From an uncultured Deinococcales bacterium (GTDB taxonomy: Bacteria > Deinococcota > Deinococci > Deinococcales > JAAFIG01): DNA of 13,423 nucleotides. Both the position numbers and the translations under genes were made by a program. Below the pieces are notes generated by a model. It saw only the letters and a program-made list of their open reading frames with translations, had not been told where the DNA came from and searched no databases. Positions 7,028 through 13,423 of the stretch are shown here, piece after piece (the first letter of the stretch is position 1; each line of letters begins with the position of its first letter). Where the stretch lies: the NCBI GenBank assembly GCA_964247135.1, contig CAXTTL010000133.1:1-13423 (forward strand). The letters run 5' to 3'.

Positions 7028-7936
7028 CTAAAGATTCAAACCCATCGCTTTTGCCGCCCACGGACCAATAAACCAGACCGCCATCATGGCAAAACCGATG
7101 TACGGAATGGCGTTGATCACGGGTTCGTTGGCGTTGACCTTTGATCCGCTACGGATGCCTTTGATCACGGCTGGAATGAAGATGGTGGCGACCAAAGTCA
7201 GGGCAAAGATTGCCACCCAAACTGGCACGAGCCTGTTGATGGTGATGGCATAAACGCCAGCCAGCACGCTCAAACTGACCAACAACATCATGACTTGGTG
7301 CGTGAGGTGCTCGCCGAGCAAACTGGCGGTGTGGTTGACGCCCGCTTTGATATCACCCTCGAGATCGCGGACTTCGTTAAACAGTTGCCCGTAAGAGCTG
7401 GCGGCAACCATGCTGATGAACGGCGCGAGCCACAGGTCATTCAGGCTTTGGTTGTAACTGAAATAGGCTGCCAGAAATTGCAGTCCCGCCAACATCAAAC
7501 CGTGCGAGATCACGTCCACAATTGGCACGCTTTTCAAACGCAAGGGACGCCAGGAGTAAAGATGCCCAAAGATCAGACACAAAATTCCAAAAATGGTTGG
7601 GTACAAACCGAGCGGAATATAAAGCAGAATTGACAGTCCGGCAACGCCAAACGAAATCAAGTTGCCTTCGGTTTTGGTCAACATCCCGTTGGTGATCGGG
7701 TTGCGCAGGGCTTTCTCGGGCGTGTGGGCATCGTCCGGGGCATCTTCGACATCGTTAAAGGCAAAGGCAAAACCGACGCTCAGCCAATTGGCGAGCACCA
7801 ACAGAAATATGCGCCCATCGAGAACACTTTCTCGAGCGCCAGCCACAGCACCCAAGCAGGTGGTGAACACGACCGAACCCGCATAATCCTTAAACCGCAT
7901 CAAACGCCAGAAACCTGCGAACTTGCTCAATCCCAT
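7028..7936 (-). CDS. UbiA-superfamily membrane prenyltransferase, substrate unknown
   Basis: 302 aa multi-TM protein with Asp-rich motifs NDVEDAPDD and NEVRDLEGD, plus YSWRPLRLK. Confidence 0.88.
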   Translation of the reverse strand: MGLSKFAGFWRLMRFKDYAGSVVFTTCLGAVAGARESVLDGRIFLLVLANWLSVGFAFAFNDVEDAPDDAHTPEKALRNPITNGMLTKTEGNLISFGVAGLSILLYIPLGLYPTIFGILCLIFGHLYSWRPLRLKSVPIVDVISHGLMLAGLQFLAAYFSYNQSLNDLWLAPFISMVAASSYGQLFNEVRDLEGDIKAGVNHTASLLGEHLTHQVMMLLVSLSVLAGVYAITINRLVPVWVAIFALTLVATIFIPAVIKGIRSGSKVNANEPVINAIPYIGFAMMAVWFIGPWAAKAMGLNL

Positions 7937-8074
7937 CCCCCTCGAGACGCCACATCTGTTGACGCCTTGACCTGACGAAGAAGCTTTACCAGCTTCAAAT
8001 TCTCAAGAGTTTACCCCACAAACCGCATGAGAGTGTTCAGTACAGTTTTAAAGTCTTATGAACACAAACGCTCG

Positions 8075-8707
8075 TTATGGTTTCAAGTCTGGCTCGAGAT
8101 GCCCCAAACGGTGAATCAATGCCCTTAAAGTGCTGGCTTTGAGTTTTAAGGCGGCGCGGTTGACGATCAAGCGATACGACAGATGCGCAAAAACCTCGAG
8201 TTCGTGAAGGTTGTTCTCTTTTAAGGTGCGCCCCGTTTGTACCACGTCAACGATTGCGTCCACCAAACCCGTTAACGCCGCCAGCTCGAGTTTACCGTTC
8301 AGTTGGATCACATCCGCCGGAATGCCGCGCTCACCCAGCATTTTTCGGGCGGTGCGGGCGTATTTGCTGGCAACGCGTTCGATGCGGCTGCTCGAGTTTT
8401 GAATCCCGATCAAGCTGAGGCGGTAACTGTCGCCGCCCAAATCGAGTGGCTCAAAAACGTCGCGCCCAGACTCGAGAATCCAGTCCTTACCGACGATGCC
8501 GCAGTCGGCAACGCCCAAATCCACATACACTGGAACGTCGGGGTCTTTGACCTCGAGAATGCGCAAATTGCCAAATTCGTGGCTGAGGCTGCGCGAACCC
8601 TGAAAATCTGGTATCTCGAGTCCAGCGCGGCGCAAGAGTTGCAAGGCGTAATGTTTGCTGCGTTCGCCGCTCGGCAGGGCGACGGTCAGTTTCTGCTCGG
8701 GTTTCAC
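8075..8707 (-). CDS. hisG: ATP phosphoribosyltransferase, short form
   Basis: DVPVYVDLGVADCGIVGKD, EPLDLG and ELAALTGLVDAIVDVVQTGRTL. Start is GTG 8707 overlapping the hisZ stop (GTGA), giving 210 aa with no C-terminal regulatory domain. Confidence 0.93.
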   Translation of the reverse strand: MKPEQKLTVALPSGERSKHYALQLLRRAGLEIPDFQGSRSLSHEFGNLRILEVKDPDVPVYVDLGVADCGIVGKDWILESGRDVFEPLDLGGDSYRLSLIGIQNSSSRIERVASKYARTARKMLGERGIPADVIQLNGKLELAALTGLVDAIVDVVQTGRTLKENNLHELEVFAHLSYRLIVNRAALKLKASTLRALIHRLGHLEPDLKP

Positions 8708-9864
8708 AGGTTCTCCAGGACGGTGCCGAGGTTTTGGGTTTCTCGAGTGGCAAGGTTGAGCACTTGATCGCCCATCGCAAGATATAAAATACCGCGCTTT
8801 AACGCGTAAGCCTCGAGTTCTGGCGTCTCGGGCGTCCAAGCATTTTCGACCCGCCAGCCTTTGGCGCGAAGGAATGTTGCAGCGCTCGAGTCGGCGATGG
8901 CTTGCGGCGGTTTGATCGGTTCCAAGCCGCCGAGTGCGGTCATGATGCGTTCCAAACCCAGCGCGAAACCGCAGGCGGGCAGGCTAGCGGTTTGCTGATT
9001 TGCGCCGTCGTAACGTCCACCGCCGACCAGCGGCTGACCGAAATCGGGCGTGTACGCCTGGAAAATCATGCCCGAATAATAATCGAGCCGTCTGGCAATG
9101 CCCACATCGAACAAGACCCCTTTTTGCGGCAGTTGTTCGGCGACCGCGCTAAGTTCCTCGAGCGCCAGTTTGGCGGCATCGTTTAACGCATATTGTTTTG
9201 CCTCGAGCAGCACTTCTTGGCTGCCGTACAGGTCAATGAGCGCCATCACCGAGGCTCGGGTCTTGCCGCCGATACCGTGAAGCTCGAGTTCGGCTGCCAG
9301 CTCTGGGGCGTTTTTACGATGAACCAAGGCGCGTAACTTTTCAATCCCCTCAGCCTCGAGTTTGGTCTCCGTGAGCACCGCGCGAACAAAACCAGGATGC
9401 CCCAATTCGACGGCGACGCTCGAGAATCCGACGGCTTGCAAACACTCGAGCGCCAAAGTCACAACCTCACTGTCGGCGAGCGGGGTGCTGACGCCCAAGA
9501 GTTCCGCCCCAACCTGGGTAAATTCGCGTTGCCGTCCAAGTTCTGCATCTCGAGCGCGGGTCCAAAGCTGACCGGCGTAGCGCAATCGCAAGGGAAACGG
9601 ACCTTGAGGGAAGTTTGCCCGCACCAAACCCGAGATGGCGGTGGTGTACTCGCCGCGAAGTGCCAGCACCGTGCCGTCACGGTCCACCAATTTGAAGCTC
9701 TTGTCGGCTTGAGGGTGATTGGGGTCATACACCTCGAGCGAAGGGGTTTGAACGGCTTCGTAGCCCCAAGCGCTTAAAACACCCTCGAGTTTGGAACGAA
9801 GTGTTTCGCGCCATTCCCATTCGGGCGGCAAGGTAAAACGGGTTCCATCGGGAATCAATCGCAT
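8704..9864 (-). CDS. hisZ: ATP phosphoribosyltransferase regulatory subunit
   Basis: HisRS-like motifs IPDGTR, WGYEAVQTPSLE, GRQREFTQVGAELLG, DYYSGMIF, GGGRYD and ACGFALGLERI. Coupled to short hisG; AAGGA upstream. Confidence 0.95.
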   Translation of the reverse strand: MRLIPDGTRFTLPPEWEWRETLRSKLEGVLSAWGYEAVQTPSLEVYDPNHPQADKSFKLVDRDGTVLALRGEYTTAISGLVRANFPQGPFPLRLRYAGQLWTRARDAELGRQREFTQVGAELLGVSTPLADSEVVTLALECLQAVGFSSVAVELGHPGFVRAVLTETKLEAEGIEKLRALVHRKNAPELAAELELHGIGGKTRASVMALIDLYGSQEVLLEAKQYALNDAAKLALEELSAVAEQLPQKGVLFDVGIARRLDYYSGMIFQAYTPDFGQPLVGGGRYDGANQQTASLPACGFALGLERIMTALGGLEPIKPPQAIADSSAATFLRAKGWRVENAWTPETPELEAYALKRGILYLAMGDQVLNLATRETQNLGTVLENL

Positions 9865-9934
9865 GAAAAATATCCTTTAACTCAAGATACTTTGGGAATT
9901 TTCCCTCACAACCTCAAGAATTCGTTGTCACTCA

Positions 9935-9995
9935 GGGCGCAGCAAGCGACTGTGCCCATTAGGTGCATTTTACAGTCAAAAAGCAGCGCCCCTAC
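9935..9995. repeat. Degenerate GTAG-type REP-like palindromic element
   Basis: Hairpin GGGCGCAG-CAAGCGA-CTGTGCCC (9935-9957) and GCAGCGCCCCTAC (9983-9995; GTAGGGGCGCTGC on the minus strand), which can also pair with 9935-9943. Confidence 0.4.
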
Positions 9996-10046
9996 GAACC
10001 CATATGTTAGGGGATACGAATTTAGCTCTCCACCCTCTATCATCCC

Positions 10047-11684
10047 TTACTCGACCACCACAGGAATAATCACAGGATTGCGCCCCGTGGCTTTGCGCAC
10101 AAAACGCCGTACCGCAAAGTAAATATCGTCCCTGGCATTTTCGAGCGAGCGTTTTTCTCTTGATGCACGTTCCAAGCTGGTCAGGGCATCCTCTTTGATC
10201 GCGTCGAACAGTTCGTTGTTGTGCGTCACAAAACCCCTCGAGCTGATTTCGATGTGCGGCGTCGGGTGCATCACGCCAATCACCACCAGCACACCGTCGC
10301 CCGCCATGCTCTGGCGATCCTCGAGGATGTCGTCGGTGACATCGCCAACGCCCAGACCATCGACGTAAACCGCGCCAGCCGTGACCTTGCCCGCAATCAG
10401 GAAATCGTCTTGTGAGACGCGCACCACGTCGCCGTTTTTGGCAATGATGGTCCGTTTTGGTGGCACCGGAATGCTTTCGGCGAGGCGTTTGTGATTGGTC
10501 TGCTGACGTGCCTCGCCGTGAAATGGCAGGAAGAATTTGGGTTTGGCAAGGTTCAGAATCATTTTCAGTTCTTCTTGCGAACCGTGACCCGAGGCGTGAA
10601 CTTTATAGGTCGGCGGGTAAAAGACGATTGCGCCAAGTTCATACAACCTGTTGATGACAGCATTGACCGCCTCTTCGTTGCCAGGGATCGGACTCGAGGA
10701 CAAGATGATCGTGTCGCCAGGCTTGATGTGCAATTTCGCGTGGTTGCCGAACGCCAACCTCGAGAGCACGCTCATCGGTTGCCCCTGGCTGCCCGTGCAA
10801 ATAAATAAGGCTTGCGAATCTTGCAAGTCCACCAGTTCGTCGGTGCTGATGAGGCGGTCTTTCAACTCGAGGTAGCCGAGTTCCTGGGCGAGTTGCGCGT
10901 ATTTGAGCATACTGCGCCCCTCCATGACCACGCGCCGCCCGTTTTTCTCGCCGCTCGAGATGATGTTTTGCACACGGTGAATGTGGCTGGCGAAGGTCGT
11001 GACAAAAACCCGCCCTTTGGCTTGGGAAATCAGTTTGTCAATTTCGACAGCAATGTCGGCTTCGGATGGGGTCAAACCGACCCGTTCGGCATTGGTCGAA
11101 TCCGAAATCAGCAGCAGCACGCCGTCCGCCCCAGCCTGCGAGATTTTCTCGAGGTGGCTGGTTTTACCGTCGGCTGGGTTTTGATCGAGCTTGAAATCGC
11201 CGGTGTGAATCACGCGCCCGATGGGGGTGTGAATGATCAGTCCAGAGTTGTCGGGGATGCTGTGGGTCATCAAAAACATGTCCACGGTAAAGCTCTTGCC
11301 GATTTTGATGCGGGCGTCGGTGGAAATCTCGCGCATGTCCACGTCGGAACTGGGAATGCCAAACTCGGAAAATTTCTCGCGCAGCAAACCCAAAGTCAGT
11401 TTCGCGCCGTAGAGCGGCACTTTTGGCAGACGCGGCAAAATGTACGGCAGTCCGCCGATGTGGTCTTCGTGACCGTGCGTGATGATAAAGGCTTTGATCA
11501 GATGCGCATTCTCGAGCAAATAATCAATTTTGGGAATAATCAGGTCAATGCCTGGCTGGTTGGAATCCGGAAACGCCAGACCGCCGTCCACCACAATAAT
11601 TTCGTCATCGTAACGAAAGCACATCATGTTCTTGCCAATTTCGCCGAGTCCACCGAGTGGAATGACATCCAAGTGTTTGCTCAT
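10047..11684 (-). CDS. rnj: Ribonuclease J
   Basis: IPLGGLGEIGKNM, ITHGHEDHIGG, HSIPD, HTGDFKLD, SDSTNAE, FASHIHRVQ, CTGSQGQP, SPIPGNE and VHASGH; 545 aa. Confidence 0.97.
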   Translation of the reverse strand: MSKHLDVIPLGGLGEIGKNMMCFRYDDEIIVVDGGLAFPDSNQPGIDLIIPKIDYLLENAHLIKAFIITHGHEDHIGGLPYILPRLPKVPLYGAKLTLGLLREKFSEFGIPSSDVDMREISTDARIKIGKSFTVDMFLMTHSIPDNSGLIIHTPIGRVIHTGDFKLDQNPADGKTSHLEKISQAGADGVLLLISDSTNAERVGLTPSEADIAVEIDKLISQAKGRVFVTTFASHIHRVQNIISSGEKNGRRVVMEGRSMLKYAQLAQELGYLELKDRLISTDELVDLQDSQALFICTGSQGQPMSVLSRLAFGNHAKLHIKPGDTIILSSSPIPGNEEAVNAVINRLYELGAIVFYPPTYKVHASGHGSQEELKMILNLAKPKFFLPFHGEARQQTNHKRLAESIPVPPKRTIIAKNGDVVRVSQDDFLIAGKVTAGAVYVDGLGVGDVTDDILEDRQSMAGDGVLVVIGVMHPTPHIEISSRGFVTHNNELFDAIKEDALTSLERASREKRSLENARDDIYFAVRRFVRKATGRNPVIIPVVVE

Positions 11685-11734
11685 GCGAAACAGCCGCTCT
11701 GTTTGAAAGCTCGAGGGTCAACATATTGCTTCAT
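11681..11734 (-). CDS. Putative 17-aa leader peptide MKQYVDPRAFKQSGCFA coupled to rnj
   Basis: AAAGGAG-TTTT-ATG at 11734. Its TGA (11683-11681) overlaps the rnj ATG as ATGA, and rnj has no good SD of its own. Confidence 0.6.
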   Translation of the reverse strand: MKQYVDPRAFKQSGCFA

Positions 11735-11803
11735 AAAACTCCTTTGGAACGTTTGAGCCTAAAACTCAAGATTGCTGCTCGAGATTCCCCCTCGGGCGAC
11801 TGG

Positions 11804-11831
11804 GGTCTAACTGGTTTGAGGTCTAACTGGT
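11804..11831. repeat. 12-bp direct repeat, 16-bp period
   Basis: GGTCTAACTGGT at 11804-11815 and 11820-11831. Confidence 0.85.
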
Positions 11832-11879
11832 ACGGCGTGCGCATCAATTTGCTGCGACCGATGCCGTCGCGGTGTTGGC

Positions 11880-11907
11880 AGTCTACCAGACCCGTCAAGC
11901 CTGCCAA
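11880..11907 (-). promoter_or_regulatory. Putative promoter of leader-rnj transcript
   Basis: TTGGCA (11907-11902), 16 nt spacer, TAGACT (11885-11880) with extended -10 TG. Same -10 hexamer as the purH promoter. Confidence 0.4.
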
Positions 11908-11928
11908 ACGGCTTGGAAGGTTGAGCGC

Positions 11929-11934
11929 TAAAAT
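11929..11934 (+). promoter_or_regulatory. -10 element of probable leaderless GNAT transcript
   Basis: TAAAAT ends 5 nt before ATG 11940 and there is no SD. Confidence 0.5.
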
Positions 11935-11939
11935 GAGCC

Positions 11940-12797
11940 ATGACCGAATTCAATGTGCGCTCCATACTCGAGTTTAACGCCGTCCAAATCGCGTCTATTT
12001 TGAACGATTGCTTTGAAGGCTATTTGATGCCCGTGCAGTTCACGGCGCAGGCGGTGAATTTGCGGTTTCGGGCGGAGCATCTGGATGCCGCCGCGAGCTT
12101 TGTGTACCTCAAAAACGACAAACCTCGAGGCATCATTTTGGTCGCAAGGCGCGGCAAGACCAGCCGCATTGCCGCGATGGGCGTGGCGACCGAGGCTCGA
12201 GGGCAAGGTTTGGGGCGCTTGATGCTGACTGAAGCCCTAAATACGGCTCGAGATCGGGGCGAGGGCAGCCTGAAACTGGAAGTCTTTGAACAGAACACTC
12301 GAGCGCTGGGCTTGTACCAATCGCTCGGTTTTGAAATTTCGCGGCGTTTGGTGGGTTACCAAAGACCCGCAAGAACTGGTCAACCCGAGGATTTGCTGGA
12401 AACAGACGCGCTCGAGTTCTCGCGGGTCGCGGCAATCGAAGGCGAAGCCGACCTGCCTTGGCAACTGATGCCAGAAAACTTCGCGGGTCAAACGTTTCAA
12501 GCCTTCCAACTCGAGGATAAGGCGTTCGCTTTGGTGTCGCTGGCTGGCTCGGGTTTTGTCCTGTGGGCAATCGTGGTGCGCCGTGCCTTCAGACGTCAAG
12601 GTTACGGGCGGCGCTTGCTGGAGGGTCTAAGCAATGATTTTGAAGGCAAAGAATGCCGAATTATTCAAGTGGTTCCCGAAAATCTTGCGCCAGGGTTTTT
12701 CTCGAGCTTGGGTTTTAAAGTGCTAGAATTAACGCAATTCGAGATGAAGCATGGTTTGGGATCTAAATTCGGCAAGGACGGGTCGAACGAAACCTGA
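11940..12797 (+). CDS. Tandem (two-domain) GNAT-family N-acetyltransferase
   Basis: 285 aa with two acetyl-CoA-binding motif A sequences (ARGQGLGRLML, FRRQGYGRRLL) and motif B sequences (NTRALGLYQSLGF, FFSSLGF). Confidence 0.9.
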   Translation: MTEFNVRSILEFNAVQIASILNDCFEGYLMPVQFTAQAVNLRFRAEHLDAAASFVYLKNDKPRGIILVARRGKTSRIAAMGVATEARGQGLGRLMLTEALNTARDRGEGSLKLEVFEQNTRALGLYQSLGFEISRRLVGYQRPARTGQPEDLLETDALEFSRVAAIEGEADLPWQLMPENFAGQTFQAFQLEDKAFALVSLAGSGFVLWAIVVRRAFRRQGYGRRLLEGLSNDFEGKECRIIQVVPENLAPGFFSSLGFKVLELTQFEMKHGLGSKFGKDGSNET

Positions 12798-12965
12798 AGG
12801 CTCGTATCTTGGCGTGCCCATGAACACGCTCACCCGAGGGCTGCAAGCTTGTATGAAGTGGATTTTGCGTTCACAATGTGAAAAAAGCTCGCAAAAGCCG
12901 TTTGTGCAGTTGTAAGCTGTAAAAATCTTGTCATCGGTGCCGACAAACAATTTGGGAGAATTGCT

Positions 12966-13423
12966 GTGTCAGAAAAAAAACCAAACAGCTCCAAGAACCT
13001 GTCAAAACACGAACTTGATCGGCGCTTAAAAGAAGCCACCATGCTCAAACAAATCGTCTCGACGGCAGGTGCGCCACTCGAGCCGGTCACGGTCTTGAAC
13101 GTGATCTGCGCCGAATTGGTCGAGGTGGTCGGCGTCGAACACGCGGGTTTCGCCCGTTTGGACGACGATGGGCTGGCGCTCACCGTGGTTTCGGAATTTG
13201 GTTTGCGCGGCGCGATCAACCTTGGGTTGCGAATTGGACTCGAAGGCAACGAGATCACCAAACAGGTGATCGGAACGCGCCAACCGATTGGCGTTTTGGA
13301 CGCCCAGAACGACCCCCGAATGGGTGCAGGACGCGAAGCCACCCGCGCTTACGGCGTCTCGAGTTTGCTGATCGTACCGATCATTGCGGGCGAGCGTGTG
13401 GTCGGCACGCTTGGACTGGACAG
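12966..13423 (+). CDS. GAF-domain signalling protein, N-terminal part (truncated by window edge)
   Basis: Not in the ORF track. GGGAG precedes GTG 12966. Translation: VSEKKPNSSKNLSKHELDRRLKEATMLKQIVSTAGAPLEPVTVLNVICAELVEVVGVEHAGF...QVIGTRQPIGVLDAQNDPRM...YGVSSLLIVPIIAGERVVGTLGLD. It has the GAF signature (DxxxDPR...SLLxVPI...VVGxL) and is open to the end. Confidence 0.85.
   Translation, partial: MSEKKPNSSKNLSKHELDRRLKEATMLKQIVSTAGAPLEPVTVLNVICAELVEVVGVEHAGFARLDDDGLALTVVSEFGLRGAINLGLRIGLEGNEITKQVIGTRQPIGVLDAQNDPRMGAGREATRAYGVSSLLIVPIIAGERVVGTLGLD

Noticed and set aside
6849-7031. 60-aa intergenic ORF
   Set aside because: No SD, starts right after the purH hairpin, crosses the REP-like element and has no protein-like features.
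8708-8839. N-terminal extension of HisG in the ORF track
   Set aside because: It lies inside hisZ; the GTGA overlap at 8704-8707 gives a normal-length short HisG.
10812-11756. 314-aa plus-strand ORF
   Set aside because: Antisense shadow of rnj with no recognisable motifs. The same applies to the other small antisense or overlapping ORFs in the track.
12798-12965. c-di-GMP riboswitch upstream of GAF gene
   Set aside because: GCAAAAGCC is superficially similar, but the GGCAAA..GAAA..GACGCAAAG architecture and tetraloop-receptor stems are absent.
12973-12980. A8 tract as phase-variation site
   Set aside because: In frame (Glu-Lys-Lys) and too short to be persuasive.
12830-13342. 170-aa minus-strand ORF
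   Set aside because: Antisense to the GAF-domain CDS, which has the SD and domain signature.

Overview
Bacterial chromosomal region. Protein motifs in PurH, HisG/HisZ and RNase J suggest Deinococcota; GC is only mid-50s% by eye. Left to right: a minus-strand LacI-regulated carbohydrate ABC operon (lacI-type regulator, solute-binding protein, two permeases, the last running off the left edge), then a divergent purH preceded by a clear ZMP/ZTP (pfl) riboswitch. After that come a stand-alone UbiA-family prenyltransferase, hisZ-hisG(short), ribonuclease J, a tandem-GNAT acetyltransferase and the 5' part of a GAF-domain protein. The genes are mostly housekeeping; the interesting signals are non-genic. 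(i) CTCGAG occurs about 81 times by hand count (about 3-4 expected), in all reading frames and intergenic hairpins, resembling a HIP1-type iterated palindrome. (ii) An unannotated 17-codon leader ORF with a strong SD overlaps the rnj start (ATGA) in a structured leader. (iii) The riboswitch appears to use a CTCGAG pair in an SD-sequestering hairpin. (iv) A 16-bp copy of the LacI operator region lies inside the lacI gene. (v) A bipartite motif is shared by the lacI and rnj start regions. (vi) Two degenerate GTAG-type REP-like elements are present.
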